Position numbers and translations under genes: made by a program | The notes under the pieces: model-generated | What the model was told of the DNA's origin: nothing | Databases searched by the model: none | Seen by the model: the letters and a program-made list of their open reading frames with translations, nothing else | Part shown: in pieces, positions 35,870 to 44,081 of the stretch | How the letters are laid out: each line of letters begins with the position of its first letter | Numbering within the stretch: position 1 is the first letter of the stretch | Source of the DNA: a virus | Direction: 5' to 3' (one strand) | UHGV virus genome: UHGV-0083269 | Length of the DNA: 44,081 nucleotides

Positions 35870-36265
35870 TTAGTTATGATTTTTCTCCCAGTAATATATA
35901 GGAATTTCTCCCCCGCTATCCCAGGTATCGTATATATGTCCGTCCTGCACACAAACAACATGGCCATCAATGCAAAGTATGTACGTCCCATGCTGATGCT
36001 CCGTGCAAAAATCAGCTACTGTATAGATGTTTTGGATATGATCGTCTATCATATGCCGTCGATATCCCTTTTCTTTTAGATATGCGCCCCATACGTAATT
36101 AGCACTTGGCATATCAGACAGCATACAAGCCTTTACCATGATGCCGGAGAAAACCGTCTCCCAGTCCTGCCCTGTTGCCTTACAGATGGCCCGGATAACG
36201 CAGTCACCTACGCGCTTACCGGCTGGATTCGGATTGTAATACTCCCACTCAACATCATATTTCAT
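35870..36265 (-). CDS. stand-alone papain-fold cysteine peptidase, C39-like
   Basis: GDCVIRAICKATG (Cys block) and HVVCVQDGHIYDTWD (His block) resemble C39/C39-like peptidase motifs. Confidence 0.4.
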   Translation of the reverse strand: MKYDVEWEYYNPNPAGKRVGDCVIRAICKATGQDWETVFSGIMVKACMLSDMPSANYVWGAYLKEKGYRRHMIDDHIQNIYTVADFCTEHQHGTYILCIDGHVVCVQDGHIYDTWDSGGEIPIYYWEKNHN

Positions 36266-36269
36266 AGCA

Positions 36270-37487
36270 TTATCCTTTCTTCAAATACGCATATCTTTTT
36301 GCCGCTCCTCGCGCCTTTGCCGCCTGTTCTCTTCCCCATTTGGCAATTCTGAGGCGGTCATCCAGTAGACGTAAGTCATTGGCTTTGCAAAAATCATTGT
36401 ACGCCCGGTTCTGCCTCTGTAAAAGATACGACTTTCGATCTAACTCCTCTTGTAGTTCTATCCTCAGTGCATCATCATTGCAGGTGTCTACAGCCGTTTG
36501 CAAGCCCATAACCATTTGCTTTGTCTTTCTGATTCTTCGCTCTAATGCTCGCTGCCTCTGCTCTAACTTTTCCAGCCTCACATTATCCTCTGTCTCTATA
36601 TCCTTATACGGGTTGTTTACCCCGTCACCGGGTCCAAAGCTGTGGCGGCAGTTCCAGCCACTTAACCCTTCGCCTGTCCCGTATCCAGTCACAGAAAATG
36701 GCGGGTATCGTTTATCTTGCCCCGTCCGGCTGTAAAACTGTCCTTGCCACCACAAATGGTTACCTGGATTCTGCCCGCCGTCTCCCGTTCGCGCCCCAAT
36801 ATGTGCCGACACAAGGATTATATCCCACTCCTGTTCCTTCATGCGCTCCATAGATATATCACCGGCTGCCTGGGCGATTCCCGTACGAACAGCCCGTGCC
36901 GTAGCTGTCTCAAGTGTATCTTTGTGCCCTGTTGGATACTGCACCACAACGCCATTCTGCGATATAGTGTCAACAGCCTCTTTTACAGCCTGTGTGTAAG
37001 AGACAGCACCACTCATAACCTTATGATATGCACTATCGCATTCGCTTATAAAAAGGCTTTGAGCCGCTTCCGCTGTTGTTCTGGTCATGTTTGACCACTC
37101 TCCCATAGTAGCCTCATAGTCTCTTTGCAACATTCGCAATAGCACCGGGGACTGTTCCAACGCTTCTGGTGCAATCCCAGCCGCTTCGTATATGGAGTTA
37201 TCATAGGCCGCAGCTTTTACGTTTGCATCCTCCATTGCTGAGGCAACTTCTTTTCTTTGTAAGCGCGTACGGATAGCGATTTCCTGTGTAATATCTTCCA
37301 GCAAGTATCCGGCATCTTGCAATATTTGTAGGCGCCACCGGTCGGAAGAGGTAAATATATATTTTTCTCCACGCCCCAGGCGGATCATGACAGCTTCTAT
37401 GATTCGGCTGATAATATAGTTATGTAGCGAAGATGCTATATCCTCGCTACCCTCTGCTATTTGTCTCAGATAATTTGGTGTCAGCAT
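36270..37487 (-). CDS. head morphogenesis protein, SPP1 gp7 / Mu F family
   Basis: 405 aa, immediately after the portal gene. ...VSAHIGARTGDGGQNPGNHLWWQGQFYS conserved block. Confidence 0.7.
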   Translation of the reverse strand: MLTPNYLRQIAEGSEDIASSLHNYIISRIIEAVMIRLGRGEKYIFTSSDRWRLQILQDAGYLLEDITQEIAIRTRLQRKEVASAMEDANVKAAAYDNSIYEAAGIAPEALEQSPVLLRMLQRDYEATMGEWSNMTRTTAEAAQSLFISECDSAYHKVMSGAVSYTQAVKEAVDTISQNGVVVQYPTGHKDTLETATARAVRTGIAQAAGDISMERMKEQEWDIILVSAHIGARTGDGGQNPGNHLWWQGQFYSRTGQDKRYPPFSVTGYGTGEGLSGWNCRHSFGPGDGVNNPYKDIETEDNVRLEKLEQRQRALERRIRKTKQMVMGLQTAVDTCNDDALRIELQEELDRKSYLLQRQNRAYNDFCKANDLRLLDDRLRIAKWGREQAAKARGAAKRYAYLKKG

Positions 37488-37494
37488 TCCTCAC

Positions 37495-38922
37495 CTACTC
37501 CTCTTCAAATAGTCCTTTTTCTTTCGGTTGTGCTTCTTCCACCATTGCTTTTGCGTCCTCTTCTGTCATACCCTCAAATTTGACAAAATACATCCATGCC
37601 GGGACTTTTCCTTGTGCCACATACTGCCACCATCTGCCACGGTCAGCTTCGCGATCATAAAGGATATCCCCAAAGTCGTAGATGACATCATACGTCCCTA
37701 CAGGTGATAGGCCGTACAGATCCGCGTACACATTAAGGGCATATACAGTATCATCAAGACACGCTTCCAGTTGATCACGCACATCCTTGATAAACTGGAC
37801 AGTGCGCTGCTGGTCGGCTTCTACACCTGTTGCCGTCTGGATTCCGGAAGACTCATTAAAAACAAAGTACCCGTTTGCGAATCCGGCCTTGTATCCTATC
37901 TGACTTAACAAATGATTGATTCCCTTGATTCTGACATCTGTGTTAAGCTGTGGGTTGATTTCCTGATAAAATTCTTTCTGATCATTGCCAAACACGTTTT
38001 TTACATAATGTGGCAATCCCTTTGCATCAGCCGGGCCGCGGTGTTTTATACTCTTTCCGCTTTCGTAAAGCAGACGATCATCGGCCAGAATAATTTTTTG
38101 ACTGTCAAATATCTCTCCCGCATTCCGGCTGTATGCTATGTCAAGGTCTTTCAGTTCTTCCACGGCTTCGCGGAATATCGGAAGCCCCAGTGGGGACGAT
38201 ATATCTACGTTGTTTGCCTGCGGCGTGCGGAAGATACCGAACATTGGCTTGTCCAGTGGCTCCCCGGATGCCTTAAGAATCGGCGGTGTGTCCTCCAACA
38301 TATCGGCCCATTTGGTTTGCGTAAGCGGTATCGGGTCTCCCAGACTTTCCTCCGACTTAGAAACGTACGCTCGGTTGCTTACATAGTAAGGATAGATCGT
38401 CACACCATCCTGCACCGTCTCAACAAATCTGTGATATTCCAGACGGGTGTACCATTTCTTCCCGGACTGGTACGAATCCTTGAAGATAATGCCGCGCACA
38501 GCAAGATTGTCGTAATCAACAAGCAGCACGTCCGCCGGGGTAAATGCATCCAGGCTTGTGCCGTTTGGCTTTAAAAACACCGTACCATATGCACAGCCGT
38601 ACTCCACCCAGTCTCGAAGCTTTGGATAAACTAAATCTATCTGCTGCTGTAGCCATTCCGCCCGGTCACTGCCTTCCAGGTGTATACCAATTCCAAGAGT
38701 TACTAGGCGGGCTGTCTCAGAGCAAAGAGCCTTTGCAAAATTGATAGTCTTAATACCCTCATCATCGTCCAACCACTCCGGCTGACCGTGGTATATCTTC
38801 GCACACTGATCTATAGCTTTTTCCATCTCTGGAGATACGATGGATTCCACATCAAAGTCGTTCTCTGCCTGCCGTTTAAAAATCATGTTAAACCACCTTT
38901 TTATCGTTGATAATATTCCCAC
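37495..38922 (-). CDS. portal protein (SPP1 gp6-like)
   Basis: 475 aa, directly downstream of terminase. Typical size and position. Confidence 0.8.
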   Translation of the reverse strand: MGILSTIKRWFNMIFKRQAENDFDVESIVSPEMEKAIDQCAKIYHGQPEWLDDDEGIKTINFAKALCSETARLVTLGIGIHLEGSDRAEWLQQQIDLVYPKLRDWVEYGCAYGTVFLKPNGTSLDAFTPADVLLVDYDNLAVRGIIFKDSYQSGKKWYTRLEYHRFVETVQDGVTIYPYYVSNRAYVSKSEESLGDPIPLTQTKWADMLEDTPPILKASGEPLDKPMFGIFRTPQANNVDISSPLGLPIFREAVEELKDLDIAYSRNAGEIFDSQKIILADDRLLYESGKSIKHRGPADAKGLPHYVKNVFGNDQKEFYQEINPQLNTDVRIKGINHLLSQIGYKAGFANGYFVFNESSGIQTATGVEADQQRTVQFIKDVRDQLEACLDDTVYALNVYADLYGLSPVGTYDVIYDFGDILYDREADRGRWWQYVAQGKVPAWMYFVKFEGMTEEDAKAMVEEAQPKEKGLFEEE

Positions 38923-40550
38923 TATGCACTATTCCCCCGTCTCTCCCACAGCGATTCCGTAGCGTAACGGGTCGCATCAATGAGATGGTTATTTTTGTCT
39001 GGATATCCGCTTATGACGTTGCCGTCCTTATCCCGCTCGTACTCATACTCTTTAAATTCGTTGCAAGCGTTAGGCGTTCTGTTCGGGTCCATGACAAATT
39101 TTTTCCCTTGTAACCACTTCATTGAGTACTCAATGCTGCCAGGTCCTTTATGTGCTGCTCTGGCTGGTAGCCCTGAATCTCTGTAATCCTCAACAGATTT
39201 TGGCTCTGCACTATCGCATGTTATAACATAGTCATCATATTTGCGCCGTTTGATTTCGGCGGCTGTCCAGCTGTTCTTTTTCTTGTTTTCATAAATCTCG
39301 TCTATGAAATATATGGTTTCGCGCGCCGAATCGTAATATATCCTTACAAAAGCATATTTATCTGGGTACCATCCCCAGTCAACACCTTGATATATGCGAT
39401 CCATGATTTTGATTTCTTCATCTGTGATAGTGCGCTCTTCGATAAATTCGAAGACGTTGCCGCCGTTTCCGTTCGCTTCACCCATATACTCATTTTCATA
39501 TGCGCTTGGATTGACCTCTTTTAGATGTTCTGCATCGTTAAGAAATTCCTCTCCCAGCCAGTCATCAGGGACATCTTTGTATGTGCTTCGCATAACAACG
39601 GCGCTCGCGTTTTTAAACTCTGCCTCTACAGTATACTTATTGGCCCAGTTGATCTTGCTTCTCGGTGGGTTAAATGATTTAAACTTATATGCTTTGTCGC
39701 CGCCACGTATAGCAGACTGCTGGATACTTCTAACTTCTTCCGGTCCGGCAAACTGGTCTAATTCCTCGAACCACACAATACCGATATATCCGAACTTCGG
39801 CTTAATTGATTTTATTTTAATCGGATCATCCGCGCCTCGGAAATAGATTTTCTGTCCGGTTGGCTTATACGTAATCTCAAAAGGCGATTGTTTGAATTTA
39901 AACTCTGCATCAATGCCAAGCTTTGAGATCGCCCATTGTAGCTGCGCATATACAGAATCTTTTATGGTGTTTCCGACTTTTCGCAGCACAAGCGCATGCA
40001 TATCAGGATGTTTTTTTATCAGCTCCGGGATAATACATGATATGCAAGACGATTTCGAGGATCCTCGCCCGCCTGGAAGCACATACTCCGTATGCATGCC
40101 GCGCCGGATGTCGCGAATCATCGGGTGGAATACATCCGCCACCACATCAAGATCGATGTGATATTCTTTTGCCGTTCTGGCTTCCTCTTCTGCCTTCTGC
40201 TGTGCTTCTTTTTCCTCTTTTACGGCTATAGCTTTCTCCAAATCGGACATGGCCTTTAGCTGTTCGGAAAAAGCCGGAGCGAAGCCAAAAGAATCCTTTA
40301 CTTCCCCCCGTGCGATCATGGCGCGGCGCTTCTGGATATCAGCAAGGGACATGGTGTCAGTACCGTTGCGCCTATCAAGTTCTGCCTGTTTGTCCGCTAT
40401 ATAGGCCAAAACATCAGCATTCTTCAACAGTCTGCATCCTTCCTGTTCTGGCTTCTTATATCCAGCTTTTCTCGCCGCATCAGTTGCATTCCCGCCGTTT
40501 TCTATGAAATTTTTCGCGAACGCTTCCCGCTTCGGCGTAAGCTCGGCCAT
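38922..40550 (-). CDS. terL: terminase large subunit with fused N-terminal small-subunit (Terminase_2-like) domain
   Basis: N-terminal LTPKREAFAKNFIENGGNATDAARKAGYKKPEQEGCRLLKNADVLAYI matches the TerS Terminase_2 motif. Then Walker-A-like VLPGGRGSSKSS and a PBSX-type TerL nuclease region. 542 aa. Confidence 0.8.
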   Translation of the reverse strand: MAELTPKREAFAKNFIENGGNATDAARKAGYKKPEQEGCRLLKNADVLAYIADKQAELDRRNGTDTMSLADIQKRRAMIARGEVKDSFGFAPAFSEQLKAMSDLEKAIAVKEEKEAQQKAEEEARTAKEYHIDLDVVADVFHPMIRDIRRGMHTEYVLPGGRGSSKSSCISCIIPELIKKHPDMHALVLRKVGNTIKDSVYAQLQWAISKLGIDAEFKFKQSPFEITYKPTGQKIYFRGADDPIKIKSIKPKFGYIGIVWFEELDQFAGPEEVRSIQQSAIRGGDKAYKFKSFNPPRSKINWANKYTVEAEFKNASAVVMRSTYKDVPDDWLGEEFLNDAEHLKEVNPSAYENEYMGEANGNGGNVFEFIEERTITDEEIKIMDRIYQGVDWGWYPDKYAFVRIYYDSARETIYFIDEIYENKKKNSWTAAEIKRRKYDDYVITCDSAEPKSVEDYRDSGLPARAAHKGPGSIEYSMKWLQGKKFVMDPNRTPNACNEFKEYEYERDKDGNVISGYPDKNNHLIDATRYATESLWERRGNSA

Positions 40551-40568
40551 CTACTCACCATCCTGTCA

Positions 40569-40826
40569 TTACTTCCAGTCCTCCAGCGCTTCCCACATCT
40601 CTTTCAGTACCATAACAACATCCACCTGTGATGCCGTCCGAATAATCTCATAGTCCTTTGTCTTCCACTTATCCCGCACGTATTGCAGTGTAGGTGTGCT
40701 CACGCTGTACATAGTTATCATCCGGTTCTGGTCTGCGCTGTAAAACTGGCTTGTGCCTATCTTTGTTACAAACCGCTTTGTGAGCAACGCTCTTTGCAGC
40801 TTTCTTTGTATCTGGTTAAGGTTCAT
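40569..40826 (-). CDS. hypothetical protein upstream of terminase
   Basis: 85-aa ORF. Confidence 0.35.
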   Translation of the reverse strand: MNLNQIQRKLQRALLTKRFVTKIGTSQFYSADQNRMITMYSVSTPTLQYVRDKWKTKDYEIIRTASQVDVVMVLKEMWEALEDWK

Positions 40827-40960
40827 ACTATCACCCTATTTTCATTTTATTTCAATTAAAATAAAGGTGTATCACCGCTTTGTGATGATACACCTTGTTG
40901 GTTACCATTATATTCTTATACGCTCTCCTCATTATTGTCCTGCCAGGAGCATGCAGAATT

Positions 40961-41143
40961 TCAGTTTAATTGAGAATCTACTTTCTCATAATTTACAAAT
41001 TCAGTTTCGTAATTTGGTTTATGAAGAGTTAAATCCATTATGTCAATGCAATTATAACAAGGTGCTTCAACAGTCATCTTTCCCTTATGCTTGCAAGTTC
41101 CACAAGGCGTATAATCCTTTCCATCTTTCAAAAAACCTTTCAT
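40961..41143 (-). CDS. small zinc-ribbon protein (CGTC...CYNC)
   Basis: Likely start MKGF after the cassette TTAAGATTTGGAGGAGGATTA ATG. Confidence 0.4.
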   Translation of the reverse strand: MKGFLKDGKDYTPCGTCKHKGKMTVEAPCYNCIDIMDLTLHKPNYETEFVNYEKVDSQLN

Positions 41144-41182
41144 TAATCCTCCTCCAAATCTTAAATTCATTAAATCGGCTCC

Positions 41183-42316
41183 TTAAATCTGTACCATTTC
41201 TCGGACATTTCTTAACGTCTCCGGTGTAGACTGCGCATAATACATGCTTGTTACTGCTGGGCTTGCATGTCCTAAAATCTCTTGGATGATACCGATATCA
41301 ACCTTTCTGTTTTTTAAATTCATTCCAAGCGTTTTCCTCATTTTATGAGGATATACCGCGCTTTTCACATCCGCTCTCTTTCCAATATCTTTAATTATGA
41401 CTCTTAAACCGCATACGCTCATTTTATTGTATGGTGCCCTGGTCTGTGGAAACATGTACGGGCTGCTGTCCGTTCTGCTTTCAAGATATTCATTGTAATA
41501 GTGCCTTGCATCATCATCAAGGTATAATGTGCGGTATCTGCCGCCCTTCTCCCCTTTGATGAGTATATCTCCCGTTTCTGTATTGATCTGGTCGATTCTG
41601 ATCTCTGAGATTTCTCCAACCCGCGCTCCGGTGCTGCGGAATACCTCAATGATCGCACGCTCTCTTTTTGTGCGGCAAGCGTCACGCATCTGGATAATCT
41701 CCGACCGGCTAAAGTAATCAATTGGCTTTAGCGCAATCTTTTTCGCTTCCGTTGCTTCCACAGGATTTTCATCAATGAGTTTTGATTTTCGCATCCATGT
41801 GTAAAAAGCCGAAAGGAATCGGCGCTCGTTATTGTATGTGCTGTCCTGTACCTTTTCACTTTTTGTTCCTGGGCGTTTCTCGTACTGTGCCAAATACCAC
41901 TCCACATCAAATGTATCTACACTGTCCAACGACTTCCCCATCATGTCAGATAACCTTTTTACAGATCGGATATATCCGCTGATTGTCGCAGGACTGAGCC
42001 CGCGCTTTTTGATCTTGAAAAGTTCCAGTAAATAGCGGTTTCTTTTTTCTACATCTGTTTTCCACTCCGCTGGAAGAGATGTGATTTCCTGCACATTTAC
42101 CTTTGTAAGCTCACTCGATACTACACTATCCAGGATTGCAAGTGTGTCCGAATCAGAAATGTAAATCGACATTGCAACAATGATGTTATCAACGATTTCT
42201 CTTTTGATATTCTGGCCCATAGTAATCCTCCCTCTTGCAGAATCTGCAAAGGTCTGATACAATGGACCTAAGCAGATCAGGTAAGTGGCGGTAACATCTT
42301 GGCGGGTGTCCACCAC
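41183..42316 (-). CDS. second tyrosine recombinase (XerC/D-like or phage-integrase family)
   Basis: ARVGEISEIR (Arg), HKMRKTLGMNL (HxxR), LGHASPAVTSMYYAQ (His...Tyr). Confidence 0.85.
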   Translation of the reverse strand: MVDTRQDVTATYLICLGPLYQTFADSARGRITMGQNIKREIVDNIIVAMSIYISDSDTLAILDSVVSSELTKVNVQEITSLPAEWKTDVEKRNRYLLELFKIKKRGLSPATISGYIRSVKRLSDMMGKSLDSVDTFDVEWYLAQYEKRPGTKSEKVQDSTYNNERRFLSAFYTWMRKSKLIDENPVEATEAKKIALKPIDYFSRSEIIQMRDACRTKRERAIIEVFRSTGARVGEISEIRIDQINTETGDILIKGEKGGRYRTLYLDDDARHYYNEYLESRTDSSPYMFPQTRAPYNKMSVCGLRVIIKDIGKRADVKSAVYPHKMRKTLGMNLKNRKVDIGIIQEILGHASPAVTSMYYAQSTPETLRNVREMVQI

Positions 42317-42336
42317 TTATTTTTTTGTGTCATTGT

Positions 42337-42651
42337 CTAGCTCCTTTTATACTTCCAAAAGCCAAAAAGCTTAAGTCTGTGGTAAAATTCTGCTTTTACT
42401 TTCCTCCGGTATCCATAAAAGTCATCTGCCTTTGCCGGAATATCTCTCCCACGCCGGATCAGCGTATAATATCCGTCTCCAGTCACCAAGCTATCATACG
42501 TTTGGATTTCAAGCCCTGGCGCTTTTGATATCGCACAGCCAAATAGTATGATTTTTATCTCAGGATCCGGACTCCTGCAATATAGGTCAAGTTGTGATTC
42601 GTCCTCTTTTGGCACGTTGTAGTCAGATAACTTAGCTTCTCTTGTCCTCAT
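42337..42651 (-). CDS. hypothetical protein
   Basis: 104-aa ORF upstream of the recombinase. Confidence 0.35.
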   Translation of the reverse strand: MRTREAKLSDYNVPKEDESQLDLYCRSPDPEIKIILFGCAISKAPGLEIQTYDSLVTGDGYYTLIRRGRDIPAKADDFYGYRRKVKAEFYHRLKLFGFWKYKRS

Positions 42652-42972
42652 CTAATCTCCTTCTTCTTTTTTTGCTGTCAGATATATCGTAGACAAATTA
42701 TAGCCACTCCGTTTGAGGCGTTTTACAATCTCGTCCCGGTCTTTTAACAAACTTCTCTTTGCTCTGTCTTTTACTGGTTTTTCTTCTTTTTTCTTGGTTA
42801 CAAGCTTATAGCATCCCCAGCAGATCCTATAGTAGCCACCTCTAGCTTTCTTTTGCCCGTTACACCAACCTGTCCCGTTGTCGTAGTAGCATGACATTCT
42901 TTTCCCCTTTCCGCAGCTATCCGGCGCATGGCTGCTATTACGTATTCCGTGCCCGGGTTTGTTTTTTTCCAC
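42652..42972 (-). CDS. Cys-rich basic hypothetical protein
   Basis: 106 aa. CYYDNGTGWCNG...CWGCYK. Confidence 0.35.
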   Translation of the reverse strand: MEKNKPGHGIRNSSHAPDSCGKGKRMSCYYDNGTGWCNGQKKARGGYYRICWGCYKLVTKKKEEKPVKDRAKRSLLKDRDEIVKRLKRSGYNLSTIYLTAKKEEGD

Positions 42973-43022
42973 ATGGCTGTATCTCCGCTAAATTTCAGTT
43001 TTACTGCATAACGTTATTAATT

Positions 43023-43196
43023 TTATGCAACTTTATCCTCTGCCTCCAGGAAGGCTGCAACAGCCTTTTTTATCAGCCACGCTATGGTTCTTTCATTCTT
43101 CTGGCAGTAAGCCACTACTTGCCGGAGCTGCACAGGATCCATGCTCACGCTCTGTCTGACGGCTTTATCTTCTGCTTTCTTCTTCGGTCTTGCCAT
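43023..43196 (-). CDS. ribbon-helix-helix (CopG/Arc-like) regulator, not in ORF track
   Basis: MARPKKKAEDKAVRQSVSMDPVQLRQVVAYCQKNERTIAWLIKKAVAAFLEAEDKVA* shows a beta-strand then two helices typical of RHH. Confidence 0.4.
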   Translation of the reverse strand: MARPKKKAEDKAVRQSVSMDPVQLRQVVAYCQKNERTIAWLIKKAVAAFLEAEDKVA

Positions 43197-43240
43197 ATCA
43201 CTACCTCCCTTTCCGTATGCTTATTAAATTTTGGGTTATT

Positions 43241-43527
43241 TCAGTTTTCCATATCAAGCTCTTCGCAAATTTCCTCGTAATACCTCTTTTCATCCGCAAA
43301 ATGGTCGTACACCATTTCCTCTACCATCATTTTGGCATCATGCTCACACATTTCCTTGCCGGTCAGCAAGTCCCAGTATGTATCGAGCACATTCGATGTT
43401 GTAAACCAATCTCCCTCTGAATCTCTAAACAACGCCACTATGACTTTGGGATCATCTCCATGATGCCCGAACACAAGCGTGTGAACCACTGCGCCGGATG
43501 GTTCTTTGCTCTCTACCCACTTTTTCA
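43241..43527 (-). CDS. hypothetical early protein (start MKKW)
   Basis: Cassette TTAAGATTTGGAGGATACT ATG. Confidence 0.4.
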
Positions 43528-43546
43528 TAGTATCCTCCAAATCTTA

Positions 43547-44081
43547 ATATACAAATAACTCAATCAATATCTCCAGAATCGTCATCATTTCAATTTAAGA
43601 TTTTTCCATAGCTGGTAACATTTCTTACAAGCCAAACCTGGATTTTTTTCTATTTCTTCAGTATCAATATCAGTTGTGAAAAAATCTTGATCTTGCCAAT
43701 ACTTTTCGCACAAAGACGTATTTTTAAAAAAACAGTGATATTTTGCTTTAGGATGAATCCAGTCAACGTTTGTAAGATTACTTTGCTTTACTGGAAGCAT
43801 CCATTTGTATCTTCTCATATGCTCAGTCCTTCAAATCTTAATATACAAATAACTCAATCAATATCTCCAGAATCGTCATCATTTCAATTTAAGATTTTTC
43901 CATAGCTGGTAACATTTCTTACAAGCCAAACCTGGATTTTTTTCTATTTCTTCAGTATCAATATCAGTTGTGAAAAAATCTTGATCTTGCCAATACTTTT
44001 CGCACAAAGACGTATTTTTAAAAAAACAGTGATATTTTGCTTTAGGATGAATCCAGTCAACGTTTGTAAGATTACTTTGCT
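43547..44081. repeat. 294-bp tandem direct duplication (unit 43547-43840; second unit 43841-44081 continuing into 1-53)
   Basis: The sequence from 43841 is identical to 43547 onward. Window bases 1-53 equal 43788-43840, so the end joins the start in phase. Confidence 0.85.
43585..43818 (-). CDS. 77-aa Cys-containing early protein, tandemly duplicated (copy 1)
   Basis: MRRYKWMLPVKQSNLTNVDWIHPKAK...CKKCYQLWKNLKLK. A second identical copy begins at 43879 and runs off the window end into positions 1-31. Confidence 0.45.
   Translation of the reverse strand: MRRYKWMLPVKQSNLTNVDWIHPKAKYHCFFKNTSLCEKYWQDQDFFTTDIDTEEIEKNPGLACKKCYQLWKNLKLK

Noticed and set aside
37912-38574. 220-aa plus-strand ORF
   Set aside because: Antisense to the portal gene.
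1-44081. Integrated prophage with host flanks
   Set aside because: The window ends join in phase inside the 294-bp repeat and no host-like housekeeping genes flank either end. A circular or permuted phage genome is more parsimonious.

Overview
This window reads as a near-complete temperate siphovirus genome (SPP1/PBSX-like, headful-packaging type) from a spore-forming Firmicute. It is almost certainly circular or circularly permuted, because the last base joins the first base seamlessly inside a 294-bp tandem duplication. Most genes are on the minus strand.

Layout:
- Early region (~1-6500 wrapping to ~41150-44081): small Zn-ribbon and Cys-rich ORFs, a PAPS-reductase-like gene, a DUF262/ParB-like gene plus a Dcm C5-methyltransferase, and a second tyrosine recombinase.
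- Recombination/replication module (6900-11300): Gp157-like, ERF single-strand annealing protein, Hjc-like resolvase, HNH-like nuclease, Cro-like regulator.
- Plus-strand lysogeny island (11580-16160): XRE repressor, ImmA metallopeptidase, an AT-rich moron, an excisionase on the opposite strand, and an integrase with attP-like downstream sequence.
- Lysis (16493-17434): M15 endolysin with cell-wall-binding repeats and an XkdX-like ORF.
- Tail fibres/tail (17447-29343): includes a tape measure protein (TMP) gene.
- Head (29529-31902) plus a tRNA-Gln/Thr/Met cluster.
- A 4-kb cargo island (32528-36265) inserted between head morphogenesis and scaffold genes.
- Head morphogenesis, portal and a fused TerS-TerL terminase (36270-40550).

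Most unusual observations:
- Spore-related content: the cargo island encodes YjcZ-like, BclA-C-like and CotG/GerQ-like low-complexity proteins, a sigma region-4-only protein and a C39-like peptidase; separately, a Mn-catalase/CotJC-family gene fragment sits next to attP.
- A conserved stop-RBS junction cassette (TAAATTAAGATTTGGAGG) is repeated at 10 or more gene boundaries.
- A 230-bp duplicate of the second recombinase's 3' end lies 6 kb away.
- The tail-fibre gene continues in a +1 frame for about 97 codons after its stop.

All coordinates I derived by hand may be off by 1-3 nt.
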